Of a stretch of 64,000 nucleotides of DNA, positions 52,131 through 64,000 are shown one piece after another. Each line of letters opens with the position of its first letter. The stretch's first letter is position 1. The stretch spans positions 91,452,001 to 91,516,000 of the forward strand of contig CM052816.1 of assembly GCA_028534125.1 (NCBI GenBank), read 5' to 3'. Source of the stretch: Lama glama (Eukaryota). The translations under genes were made by a program, and so were the position numbers. The notes beneath the pieces were generated by a model. It was not told where the DNA came from. It searched no databases and saw only the letters and a program-made list of their open reading frames with translations.

Positions 52131-53385
52131 AGAAAACTGGGTCTAGAATTCTGTCTCTACTATTGACTCATGTGATCTTAGAGATTTCTTCTCTCTGTGT
52201 CTCAAATGCTTCAATGTAAATCAAGAAAATAAATCCAAACGCATAGGATTGTAGCAAAAATTAACTAAAATAGTGAATTCTTTCATTCAGCTTCTCTTTG
52301 GTATATTCAAGAAGCTAATACTTATTGAATTCTACTGTCAGCCAGACATTATGTTAAGGATTGAGAAATCAAACATTAATTAAGACAAATTTCTTATTTT
52401 TAAGAAGTCTACATCCCAGTGAGAAAAGTATTTTATAAATGTTAAAGCAGTGTAAAAATCCAAGGCATTATTGTTCTATTTCTTCTTATTTTTCTCCTCC
52501 CTTCCCGTTAGTCATGAACTACTTTTGCACATTTTCTGTCCTATTTTCCTCTAAACTGCCAATCAGTCATGGGCTTACTATAAAAATTAACATCTCTCAA
52601 ATCCTACCTTCACATAAAAGTTAGCTATACTTACTCATTGGAAAAAAACAAAAACTATTCAGGGAAACCCAAATTTACTAAGTCCCACAGGCAAGCATAG
52701 GAGCTTTTCAATTGAAAAGCATTAACCTTTCTTAGATCTATGGAAAACCCTCTTATTCATTTTCTTTGCTTATAAAATATACCTCAGGGTATATCTGTCT
52801 CAGTATCAAAACCCAACAGCACCACAAATGAGTTACATGCGATTCCAAATAGAAGATTATAATGGAAACTGACTACATTTGTTGCTGCATAATCCTCCAT
52901 AGCCCCATCTAACTATTCCTCATTTCTTTAGGATGGGAGCATTTCTGTAAATGCTTATGGCCCTTAATAGTTCTCTTTTCCAGACAAACTCATTATTCAA
53001 AGTAAAACTCAATAGACTATTTTTGGAATGTTGCATTACTGACATTCGCTAAGCTATTTTAGTTGTTGGTCTGCTTCCCTGCTTCTCTTCATCTCCTCTT
53101 CCCTTTGTCCTACGTCCCTGGACCAGAGCAAATGTTCCTTTCATTGTGCTGCCCCTGACAGTCAAAAATGATTCTAAGTGCACATAGCTTGACCTGTTCT
53201 GGAACAATTTACCAACAGTCTAAGTGACAGAATGTTGGCATAGGAACTGGCCTCAGGGACAAATCAACACCCCACCAAGAGCTGCCAGGAAGGCTGCTGC
53301 ACTGTGGTAACTTCCCCAACCCTCCAGTGCCAACACTGACAGTGTCTCTATGGAGGCATCTTAACTCTGTCTTAAGAAAGGCCTC

Positions 53386-54331
53386 CAGCCATCATGGAAA
53401 ACAGCCTCAAAAAATGAAAAATAGACTTACCATATGATCCAGAAATCCCACTCCTGAGCATATATCTGGAAGGAATTCTAATTCAAAAAGATACATGCAC
53501 CCCAATGTTCATAGCAGCACTACATACAATAGACGAGACATCGAAGCAAACTAGACGTCCATTGACAGCTGACTGGATAAAGAATTTGTGGTATATTTAT
53601 GCAATGGAATACTACTCAGCCATAAAAAAGAATAAAATAATGCCATTTGCAGCAACACGGATGGAACTGGAGATCGTCATTCTAAGTGAAGTAAGCCAGA
53701 AACAGAAAGAGAAATACCACATGATATCACTCATATGTAGAATCTAAAAAGAAGAAGAAGAAGAAAAAAAAGGACACTATGAATTCATCTACAAAACAGA
53801 AATAGACTCACAGACATAGTACACAATCTTATGGTTACCAGAGAAAGGGAGTGGGAAGGGAGAAGTTTGGGAGTTTGAGATTTACAAATGTTAGCCACTA
53901 TATATCAAAATAGATTTTAAAAAAGTTTCTTCAGTATAGCATAGGGAATTATGTTCAATATCTTGTAGTAACCTTTAATGAAAAAGACTGTGAAAATGAA
54001 TATATGTACGTATGTGCATGACTGGGACATTGTGCTGTACACCAGAAACTGACACATTGAAGCTGATGGTACTTCAATTAAAAAAAAATACTAAAAAAAG
54101 GAAGGGAGGATATAGTTCATGTGGTAGAGCACATGCTTAGCATGCATGAGGTCCTGGGTTCAATCCCCAGTACCTCCTCTAAAAATAAATAAACCTAATT
54201 ATCTCCCCATTTGTCAAAATAAAATAATAATGCAATAATAAATAGGTAAAAATACACAAAAAATAAAATGTTTAAGAAAAGAAAAAACATCTAAAATTAT
54301 TAAATTAAATTAAAAAACTAAAAAAAAAAAA
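53386..54331 (+). mobile_element. Relatively young 5'-truncated L1 (ORF2 C-terminus and 3' UTR) whose A tail hosts a SINE
   Basis: ORF 53505-53747 is the L1 ORF2p C-terminus (..WYIYAMEYYSAIKKNKIMPFAATRMELEIVILSEVSQ..); TSD aaaggcctc at 53377-53385 and 54332-54340. Confidence 0.92.
54104..54310 (+). mobile_element. tRNA-Ala(AGC)-derived SINE, camelid type
   Basis: tRNA-like head gggaggatatagttcatgtggtagagcacatgcttAGCatgcatgaggtcctgggttcaatccccagtacctcc (B box 54157-54167), then aaataaataaacctaattatctcccc and an A-rich tail. Confidence 0.88.
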
Positions 54332-54749
54332 AAAGGCCTCTAATTCAGGCCAAACGTTCACCCAAAAGCCACTGGGATGGTTACACATTAGATCTCACTG
54401 CTCTCAAAGACTTTCTCACCTTAAAGATATTTTCACAATAGATTAAATGGTAATAGGCAGTCAGCACCATCATACTTTCAAAGGAGTCAGCCAACAGTCA
54501 CTCACTGGTAAATTGCAGTGTGTTTTTGTCATTCCGGTCATCACTTGTACCAGAATACGATATCCAACATTTGAGCATAAAAGCCAGAGAAGATGTGACA
54601 TACCCTGGGAGTGAGGGATACTGTCTGCTGGTGCTGGCCTTGGGGAAGTGTGGTGAGGCGTGTCAGAGAGACATACTGATGGGATGAGTAATAAGGACCC
54701 TGAGTCAAGAAGAAAAGACACCCCTTGTGTGGGGGAGGATGGAGGTAAT

Positions 54750-55264
54750 TGCAGCTGGTGCATTAAATTAAGCACATGCTGAGTATGACCTGCTCAATGA
54801 GGAGTTAGTTATAAGCCCTCCACACAGGGTGAGCAGGTAACTCTCAGCATCCAAGCTCCTGCTTTGGGGAAGTGAAAACCCCTGGGGCGTTTGACAGTGC
54901 AAATACACTTGCTCAGAGGAAGTCAAGCCACAAGATTTATTACTTACAGATCCCAGGAATGGGGCAATGAGCTGGAGGAAGATGCAGTCCTCTGTCCCTG
55001 ATTATGAGGGAGCAAGAGCAGGCTAGAGCAGGGCAGCAGGCACCTATCACTGACAAGGTGGTTGAGGTGGAGGGTACTAACACTTCATGGGCTCACATCT
55101 AAGTGGCTATTTTGAAAAGTGTCCTAGGAAAAGCAAAGTGGGAACTTGGAGTGGGAATTCTAAACTTGAGTCCTTATCTAAATATCCAGACTCTGGATGT
55201 GAACGGGGTTTCATACTGCAAGATGCCCAGACAGCAACCCCCAAAAAGCTGTTTTCTCATCACA
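54750..55264 (-). mobile_element. Probable old ERVL-class solo LTR
   Basis: TG...CA bounded ~515-bp unit on the minus strand with a poly(A) signal (tttatt ~54936) in the agatttattacttacagat context typical of MER74/LTR53-like LTRs. Confidence 0.5.
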
Positions 55265-55402
55265 ACCCTTTGTGGAAGGCAGTGAAAACACATAAGGTCA
55301 CAATCCGGAGGGACAGGTAAAAAGATGAAAACCCAGAAGACAATGGAAGTCTGCAAGACATCAGGTTAGGGGCCAGACACAGGGAAAGCAGAGATGGAAT
55401 GA

Positions 55403-56750
55403 AATGTGAACGTAAGTTTAAGGTGTACAATGTAATGATTTGACATATGTCTATATTGGGATCTGATCACCACAGTAAGTTTACTTAAACATCCACCACC
55501 TCAAGTAATTACAATAGCTTTCTTGTGATGAGAACCCTTAAGATCTACTCTGTTGGAAATTTTCAAATATGCAGTATAGTATTGACAGCCATAGTCACCA
55601 TGTTGGACATTACATCCCCGGAACTTCTCTGTCTTATAACTGAAAGGTCGTACCGTCTGACAGCCTTCACCCATTTGCCTTACCCCACAACCCCCTTCCT
55701 CTGGCAACCACAAACTTGTCCCTGGTTTCTATGAGTGCATTTTTTTTTTTTTTTAGTTTCTACATATAAGTGGTATCATACAGTATTTATCTTTCTCTGT
55801 CGGGCATTTTACTTAGCACAATGCCCTCAAGATTCAGCCCTGTTGTCACAAATGGCAGTATATCCTTCTTTTTTATTACACACGCACACACACACACACA
55901 CACACATATCCATATACCACTTTTCTTTATTTATCTGTTGAGGGCTGTTTCCACGTCTTTGCTATTGTGGATAGCTATAATGAACATTGTGGGTACAGCT
56001 GTCTCTTTGAGATAATAATTTCATTTCCTTCAGATAAATACCCAGAGGTGGAATTGCTGAATCATATATGGTAGTTCTATTTTTAATTTTTTGAGGAAAC
56101 TTTATACTGTTTTCCGTAGTGAGTGCACCAATTTTCGTTCCCACTCAAAGTGTACGTGGATTTTTTTACCTCCACATCCTCACCAGGACTTGTGATCTCT
56201 CTTGCCTTTTTGATGGTAGCCATTCTGACAGGTGTGAGCTGGTGTCTCACTGTGGTTTTGATTAGCATCTCCCTGATGATTAGTGATGCTGAGCACCTTT
56301 CCATGGTACTGTTGGCCGTTTGTGCGTCTTCTTTGGAAAAAAATGTCTATTCAGGTCCTTTCCTCATTTTTTTGAATTGGATTGTCTACGGGTTTTTTGT
56401 TTGTTTGGGTTTTGATTTTTGTTTTTTGCTACTGAGTTGTATGTGTTCTGTATATATTTTGGACCTTAACCCTTAATTAGATACATGGTTGGCAAATGTT
56501 TTCTCCCGTTCCGTAGGTTGCCTTTTCATTTCGTTGGCTGCTTCCTTTGCTGTGTAGAAGCTTTTCACTTTGATGCAGTCCCACCTGTTTATTTTTGCTT
56601 TTGTTGCTTGTGTTTTAGGTGTAATATCCATAAAGTCATCGCCAAGACGAGTGTCAAGGAGATTTTCTTTTCTTGCATTTTTTTCCAGGAATTTTATGGT
56701 TTCAGGTTTTGCATTTAAGTCTTTTATCCATTTTGAGCTAATTTTTGTGA
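55403..56750 (-). mobile_element. L1MA9-like LINE: 3' UTR and ORF2 C-terminal remnant
   Basis: Antisense L1 (taagtttaaggtgtacaa...gtgatgagaacccttaagatctactct...ctcactgtggttttgatt); ORF 56083-56304(-) gives L1 ORF2-like [30 protein letters not shown]. Confidence 0.9.
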
Positions 56751-57181
56751 GGATCTTTTTGATTTTGTGACTGAGGAAACTGCTCCATAGTCAGGGCATT
56801 TCTGGTTGCTGCATGGTCCAGGGTGTAAGTGGTCGTGTAGGACACTGGCTGGCCCATATACAGACATCCTCGTGCAAATTAGAAAAAGATTCTCACTCTT
56901 GGTGGATGTGGTCCAGTGCTAGGGTACATGGTCAGCAAGCAAGGCACAACTGTAATTCAGTCCCCACTCATTTCCTTAGCCAGCCACACTTGCACAGGGC
57001 ACAGCCTGCACACCTGAGTGTGGTGGCCCTGGCATTGGGGCTGGGGATCCCTGAGGTCCATCCTGAGAAGTTGAGGAGATGGAGAAAGAAGAGAATGCTT
57101 TCTGGGTCTCTCTTTTCTGATGTTTCCTTTGACACAAAAGAGGACTTTGTGCTTATTTTATTAAATTAGAAGTACTTAAAA

Positions 57182-57356
57182 TGGGTTTCTTAGATTCTTA
57201 AGTCTCCACAGACAGGTTTTTTCAGGGTTTCTCTAAATCTTCCAAAATTTAGATAACTTTTGCAAGCATGTGGATATAAGGATTTTTCTAGAAAAATATT
57301 TCATATCTTTCGCTCATCTCAAAAGGATCCGTAATCTTAAAAGGTTAAAATTCCTG
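57182..57356 (-). mobile_element. hAT-Charlie MITE (Charlie4z-like)
   Basis: About 175 bp ending tctcaaaaggatccgtaatcttaaaaggttaaaattcctg with a weak matching opposite TIR. Confidence 0.55.
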
Positions 57357-57689
57357 GTCTAAGTATCTGTTGTAACTCAAAGATTAAACCAATAAACAAA
57401 AAAGAGAAGAAAAAAGAATCTGACAAGAAATTGCTTTTTATTTCACTTTAATTGTCATGGTCCAATGAACATGACATAAGCACATAACATAAACTTTGTG
57501 AACAGCTACCCATTCAAGGAAATGTGTTCTTCTTACCTGCTTTGCATCGCCTAGAGAATAACTCTTGTCCACTCTAATGAACAAGCTATTAAATCAATAG
57601 ATCTGAAAGTCTTCCAAACACAGATCAAAACCCTTCAAGTATGCAATCGTTTAGAAAAGTTGGTAAATGGTCATGCGCCCTGGGTAGAC

Positions 57690-57960
57690 AAAGGGAAGCC
57701 CTACTCAGTGATTAAGGACTCTTATTTGGAGTCAATACAAGTCCTGTCCCTGCCATTAACTAACTGGGAGTTCAGGAATGCGTGGACAGCTTATTCAGTT
57801 TCTCAGATGCAAAACGGAGCTACGTCAAGGATCTACCAACCTCACAGGACTGTTTCAAGGGAAAAGTGCAATAATACATGGGAAATACCTTATATGTCCT
57901 CAACACATAGTAAGAACTCTATAAATGTGAGCTGTTTAATTATTATTATTATTTATTATT
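57690..57960 (+). mobile_element. MIR SINE with (ATT)n tail
   Basis: agtgattaagga...ttggagtcaa...ctgccattaacta...cctcacaggactgtt...cacatagtaagaactctataaatgtgagctg. Confidence 0.8.
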
Positions 57961-59414
57961 ATTATTAATTTTCATTATCATTATTATTATAAAATTGACT
58001 TATCAGAAGCAGATTGGGGGCTTTAAAGTTTGGGCATCTTTTTCTTTCTGTTACTTTCCTCAGGGCTAGTTTCATTCAATGTAATTTCAGAAGCAAATCC
58101 CCAAATTTCCAAGATAAAATATACATTCCCCTCATGATCCCTTTGAGAATTTGTTAGAATAAATTTAACTTTTAAATAATTTAACAGCTATTAACAACAT
58201 ACAGTGAGTGGGTTTTAGAAAGCAGACTTTGACAAAAGGATAGAAAGAGTAAGGATGATTTGGCAGAAAGAATACATCTGTTGGGTGAAATGATGCATAA
58301 AGATTAAAATTTTATTTCCCTTGGATTTAGGTTTAGGGCCCCTCTTGAACTCTTTGGGTTTTGGGGATCCTTTTAAATTTAAGAAGGAGCAGCCAGCACA
58401 TCAAGGTCTGAATGTTCAGAGAGAGAACATGATGCTTGGCTCAGTCCTGAAACTTCCTTTAGCCTCCAGCCACTTCCCTGTGTGGACAGTGCCCTCTCAA
58501 TGTCCGGGACACTCTAAAGCCCATTTTCCTAGTCATCTCCCAGGTGATAGTCAAGAGACTGTGGCTAGGTCCTGGGTGCATTTATTTGGAAAGATTTTGA
58601 GATATAATTCAGTTAAACACTGAGAGGCAGGTCAGAATTTACAATAATAATTACCCACGTGGGACCAGCAGTAGTCAGAGAGTCTTTCCTAATTCAGGCT
58701 ACACTTCAAAACCAATAGGCACATATTTACAAATAAATGCTCATGGGCCTAGTCTGTGTAGTAAGTCTGGGGTGAGGGAAACTTTTGGAGAACATCTCCA
58801 AAAAAAAAAAAACCACTATGTTGCTTTACTATGGCAAATATCATAAAGGTGAAATTTCCATACCTTCTGAAAAATAACGAAATAAACATGTGCTCACATG
58901 CTTCAGTGTCAATATATGGTTGTTAGTAACAAATGACATGAACTTGAGAAGACAGGGACAAGATCACCTACGCTCTGCACAGGATAGGACTCGAGATTGG
59001 AATATGGTCATGGAAGGGACTATCTCTTCACCAGACAGATACACAAAAGGAGGCAGAAGCATGTCAGGCTCCCATGAGTCTTCTCAGTGCAATTTCTCTG
59101 CTATTCTCCTCACTTATTTTAGGGGATCATTTCTACCCTTTAGGGAGGTATGTAATCTTGTCTCACTGCCCAAAGACATTGGTGGAAGGGTGGACACATC
59201 CCTCAAAATCCCTCAGGGTGAGTCCATCACATCTCAGGTGCCAGGCCGCAATGACTGGTCCAGAGCTGTGCTGTCCAATATGCTGACACTGGGCACAGAG
59301 GGCAGTCCAGGCCACTCAACTAGACAGTATTAAAGGTCAATGAGAGTCTTTTTTGGGATTTGTTGAAGTTGGCAAATAGAAATCCCTTTCCTCAAAGGTG
59401 TCAAAGCTGGAAAG

Positions 59415-59818
59415 ATGGGAAGCTGTTGAAGTTTAGATCCTGAGATAGAGATTAGCTTGCTGTAGGTCTTTTTTTCAGGGAGTGCTCTTGGGATCAATAG
59501 TTGTGGGGAAAGAAGAGAAAGGAAGCAGTGGGAAATGTGGGGCTGAGATGCACTCTCAGTGAAGGACTTGGCTGGCCACGTAGGGAGCTCTGAAAGGAGG
59601 ATGGATCGCCAGAGTTATCCTCAGGCAGGGTAAGAGACCAAGCCTTTATACTCCTGCAGAGACCGGTCACTGGATGTGGGCTGCCCTGGAAAGTGGGCAT
59701 GAACTTGGGCTGCGTAACTCTTTAGTCAAGGCAATTCTTGAAGATGGCTGACAATTAAGGGCAATAGTGGGGATACGTGTTTTAGTCCTGGAAGCAGCAT
59801 GTCACAGAATTCACTACA
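59415..59818 (-). mobile_element. ERVL LTR16-like solo LTR
   Basis: gggagtgctcttgggatcaa...gggagctctg...gcctttatactcc...gtcactggatgtgggctgccc...cactaca. Confidence 0.8.
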
Positions 59819-59998
59819 TAATTCCAGCACTGCTCAAAGAGGACGGGGTGAAACCCAGAGGGTTCTAACGGCATCTGAACTCATGATTTTATGCACACTT
59901 GCACTTCTGTGGTTTCTTTACAAAAGCCAGTTAGGCTCTTCTTTACATCGAACCTAGTTCAAATTCTACTAAAACAATCACATCTAAGACAATTAAGG

Positions 59999-60035
59999 AT
60001 ATATATATGTGTCTATATGTATATGTGTGTATATA

Positions 60036-60068
<33 letters not shown>

Positions 60069-60079
60069 CTATATATATC
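59999..60079. repeat. Compound (TA)n/(TG)n microsatellite
   Basis: Seen directly. Confidence 0.92.
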
Positions 60080-60698
60080 TGCTTGGAAAACTATAAAACC
60101 AAAAATGGAAGCATGTCAGAAAATGCACGGTGTAGGGCAGGTAAAGGGAGACAGTAAATATAATTGCTATTTGCACAAACCACAGGTAGCTCAACTAGAT
60201 GGAACAGAAGATGCTTCACAGACACAGATCACTAAACTGGGGCCAGAGGAGGAGTCTGTGGGAACTCAGTCCTATGACCACCTGCTGGAGTATCATTGGG
60301 CTGAAAGTACAATTTCTGACACATTCTTGACCAACTTTTCTTACCAGTTTATTTTTCCAAAGAGAGAAGATGCAAATAGGAGAATTACTCCTATAGCCTC
60401 AACTCTGATGAACAAGGAGGCTGTAATTGCAGAGGAGGAAGTAAGATGAATCATTAAAGCACATGCCTGTATTGCTTTGGAAATATTTTGAAAGTTTGGA
60501 AAGAAAAGGGTTGCCCAGTGTGGGATTTAAGGAAATGGATAAATGCATATTATGAGAATTGGATGGGAAAGGGCTCAAGAGGATTGGGCATCTCCTAAAA
60601 CTCAAATTCTCAGTATGTAGCCCCCAAACAAGGAAATGAAGAGGAAGCAAGGTTATATTTTCAAGAATTGGGAAATGTGCCATTGAGACTAAAACCCT

Positions 60699-61065
60699 TG
60701 CCATAGACTGAATGTTTGTGTCCCCCACCCAAATTCCTGTGTTGAAATCTACTCCCTAATATGACGGTACTTGTAGGTGGGGCCTTTGGGAGGTGATTAG
60801 GTCATGAAGGTAGAGCCTTCATGAATGGGGTTATGCCCTTATAAAAGGGGCTCCAGAAAGCTCCATTGTTCCTTCTGCCATGTGAGGACATAGAGAGAAT
60901 ACGGCTTCTACGACAGGAAGTAGGTCCTCACGAAACACCAGATCTGCTGTTGTCTCGACCTTGAACTCCCCAGCCTCCAGAGCTGTGAGAAATAAATTTC
61001 TGTTGTTTACAAGCCACCCAGTCTATGATATTTTTGTTATCACAGCCCAAATGGACAAAGAAACA
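60699..61065 (+). mobile_element. MaLR solo LTR, MLT1A0-like, well preserved
   Basis: tgccatagactgaatgtttgtgtcccc...ggtggggcctttgggaggtgattaggtcatga...ccagcctccagagctgtgagaaataaatttctgttgttt. Confidence 0.9.
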
Positions 61066-61337
61066 GTAGCTTTCTAAGTTCTCTTTAGAAGAGAAGAATC
61101 GTGGAAGGAATGGGTTTATATTTTGAGCAGTCCTGGTATAATTGTGTTATGTTTCTGGGTAACATGATACAAGTCACAACTTTCAATGGCCATTTTCTTT
61201 CTGGTGTATTTGTATTTTAAACATGGAGAACCCTCATTGGTAGGTGGAGATTGAAATATAAGATGTATGAATAAATGAAAATGAAACTTGGCTGCTCTGC
61301 TTTCTTGGCTCAGGCCGTTGCCTTCCAGGGACCAGCA

Positions 61338-61550
61338 GTAGTAATAGCTCTGATTTATTGGATTCGTACAAAGTTCCAGGCATTGTGCTAAGTGCTTTAT
61401 GTGAATTATCTCATGTAATCTTTACAGAAATTTTTTGGGAGTAGATATTCATTAATATTCTCATTCTATATACAGTAAAAGTCAGTTTTGACCTATTCTG
61501 AGGGGCAAAAATTAAGCTTAAGACAAAGCCAGTATTCCAGGCTGCTATAC
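61338..61550 (-). mobile_element. MIR SINE
   Basis: ccaggcattgtgctaagtgctttatgtgaattatctcatgtaatcttta. Confidence 0.75.
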
Positions 61551-62439
61551 AGACTTTACAAATGAAAATGGCGAATCGTTCTCTGTGATCTTTGCAATCT
61601 TTGAGGCATTGTGAAGAGAAGGAATGGTGCTCTTTGGGATGGGAGAAGAGCACCAGGTTAGCAGAAGGAGGGTGTCAAGCAAGGGTTGAAATATAACCAG
61701 CCCTCTGCTAGTGGGTAGGCCGTCAGTCCTGCAGTGGGACTACGACAGCCCAGAGGAAGGGGTTCCTCTTTCCATCTGGTCTACCGGAAGGGGCCCATTT
61801 TGCAATTCCTTTGTGTGAAAGTGGAAATATCCTAATTTTTAGAAAAGTTCTCTTGTGCTCTGGAGGTCCAGGATGAAAAGTAAAATAAGCCAATAAAGGA
61901 ATGAGTGTGAGAAGATTGAAAAGAGAGAACATGTTAATGCAATTTGCAAGAAGAGGAATAAAGCAGATTTTGAGAACTAGTAGCTGGTAAGATTGACTTC
62001 CATCCTGGGCAGGATTCCTGGAAAGGCTTATTAAGGGAATAGTTCATCTTCCACTTCCCTGCTCATCTGAAGAATTTTTTTACAATGGAGAGCAGGGATC
62101 ACACTAGCGTATATACCCACCCAGGCAGAGGTAGTCTCTTATCAGCTTAGCATGTATGTTTAAAATATGTATCTGCATGTGTTTATATTTATCCATTTTA
62201 ACGTAATAGGTGCTCAATGAATATTTTTTGGACAATAAGTAAATGTGTACTATGCAAATATACGGTCAAAATGAGTCCACATGTTGATATAGGCCCTTTC
62301 AAAATTAATTTGGCCATAGAATCTGTTAACTGGTAGAGTAACAGCAACGACGTCATTCATTTTTCTGATCTCAGAATTCAATGGCCCTTTCTTTGAGAAC
62401 ACTTTCTTGATCTCAAAATCTAAATCAGAGCCTTCCTTG

Positions 62440-62612
62440 TTATTCTTATCCAAAGCACCTAAATTCTTTGTCTTCATTTCACTTATCATGAGTAGTAATT
62501 TATGTCTATCAGTGTGTATTCAGTGGCTCTGTCTTGTGGTTCATTGTTGAACCTCCAGTACACAACAATGTCCAGCACAAAACGGCTGCCCAATAGAATT
62601 TTGTTGAATTAA
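62440..62612 (+). mobile_element. L2 3' terminus
   Basis: gtcttgtggttcattgttgaacctccagtac...ccagcacaa...caatagaattttgttgaat. Confidence 0.6.
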
Positions 62613-64000
62613 AAATACGAGCAAAGGAGGAGGTAACATCTCTGCTTACTAAGCAGAAGATCACTGAGTGACTGATGCGATTCTAGATGACACCGTAAAT
62701 GCATATAGACCAAGAGGACTATGTTGAGAACAGAGGAACCAACCCATTATCCAAATTAGCCCCAAGCTCTACAAAGAAATGGAGTCGTTTAGCCCATTGA
62801 GAAAAGTTTCACTGGGAAGGAATAGGGACATGGACAATGACAGTCACCTACTGTCTCAAGACATTACAAGGGTTGTCTCTGAGGAAGAGAGTATCGTCAC
62901 ACACACGCATACACACATGTTTTAATTTGGCCTTGGGGATGGTCTAGGATCAGTGTTGACAATGATAATTACTGAATGTAAACATTTGAGATCAGTGTTA
63001 AAAAAAAACAAACCAGTGTTTTTAATAGTTAAATCTGCCCCCAAGTAGAATGGACAATTTTAGGAAGTCTTCATATCTTCAATTAGACAAACTCTTAGTC
63101 CGTACATTAAAGTAAACATAATTAAGCAACGGCATGGGGGTGGGACCAGCAGGAAATGGACAGCACTGGAAAGTTCTGGCTCATCTTGGCTGTCTTGACC
63201 ATTGAGGGCTGGTCAGATGATCTTTGGCTTCTTCTGATCTCAAGGTTCTGCAGAAATAGTTGTAAAGCCCATGGTTCCTTAGGACATTGATCACCCAGGC
63301 TGCTCTTGAAAGAGCCTGAGTAGACAATCTGGCCTTTGATGTTTCAAGTTTATGAGGTATGTCGCCAAAACTGCAGTGCTTTATAAATTCATAGCAAATG
63401 GGTGACGATTTAATAACTTCACTTTTCAAATGGAACGTGAGAAATCTAAGCGGTTGCCCCAAACTGCCTAACTATTAACCTCAATTTATTGGTAATAAAA
63501 ACAACCACATATTCTTAGTAATGTAAGCCCTCTGTAGCTATAGTATTCATATTTGTTAAAAACATTTTTTTTCTGTACAGCAAAAAGAAGTGAACTATTT
63601 TTCCAGCAAATCAAAATTCGGCAGCATTTGGACTAGCAAATAATATTGCTACACACAACTATGAGTCTATAACTCAGATTTGTCCTCTTTTTCAAACCCT
63701 ATAATCCTAGACTGAACTACTGCAAACTGATCTTTTGAGTAGACAGAGTCCCCGCCAGCCATCTCCTTCACCTTTGTTCACTATATTTAGGTCATAGAAT
63801 GAGTGTTCCACTATTCTGGAACATTTTTGTCCTTGGAACTAAAATGATAAAAAGTTCCAATATTTTACTTTATTTACACACCATTTACATTCATTTCCTC
63901 CCATCGTCCCACAGACCTCCAAGCATCTCATCAAGTCCTAATCGGGAAGAGAACAGCTCAATACCTTGCAGAGTTTATGGTGATTTTACGTGTTGCATTA

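Noticed and set aside
53505..53747. 80-aa ORF with natural-looking protein sequence
   Set aside because: C-terminal fragment of L1 ORF2p in a 5'-truncated copy; not a host gene.
54104..54177. tRNA-Ala(AGC) gene
   Set aside because: D-arm and acceptor-stem changes, no oligo-T terminator, SINE body and A-rich tail follow, and it sits in an L1 tail: a SINE, not a tRNA gene.
37421..56750. Large inverted repeat formed by two L1MA9-like copies
   Set aside because: Independent, heavily diverged insertions of a common family with different deletions; no sign of a single structure.
60009..60449. 146-aa ORF with a protein-like C-terminal half
   Set aside because: Begins in a TA/TG microsatellite, with no recognisable family or clear splice signals; a TBLASTN hit with conserved frame would be needed to revive it.
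1..64000. Prokaryotic-type systems (operons, CRISPR arrays, defence islands, phage)
   Set aside because: Sequence is mammalian intron/intergenic DNA; no repeat-spacer array or gene-dense region is present.

Overview
Mammalian nuclear DNA, probably camelid (camel, llama or alpaca), judged from a tRNA-Ala(AGC)-derived SINE with a camelid-type tail and cetartiodactyl-type L1 3' ends. The only protein-coding sequence I can support is the terminal exon of MARCHF11 (MARCH11 RING-CH E3 ligase; + strand, 7459-7781). It is preceded by about 7.5 kb of its last intron and followed by a short AU-rich 3' UTR. The remaining ~55 kb looks intergenic and repeat-rich: MaLR, ERVL and ERV1 solo LTRs, L1, L2, MIR, a Tigger1 deletion derivative, microsatellites and one 500-N assembly gap. 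In human this interval leads towards the 3' end of FBXL7, but no FBXL7 exon is visible here. I do not see a convincing previously undescribed biological system. The best leads are modest: a transposon that may supply the MARCHF11 poly(A) signal, a leaky-stop context that would mask its PDZ ligand, three related ERV1-type solo LTRs, DUX motifs in MaLR LTRs, an RFX/CTCF candidate element and a twin-primed (5'-inverted) L1. Repeat subfamily names come from my recollection of consensus sequences, and most repeat boundaries are approximate; RepeatMasker/Dfam is needed to confirm them.
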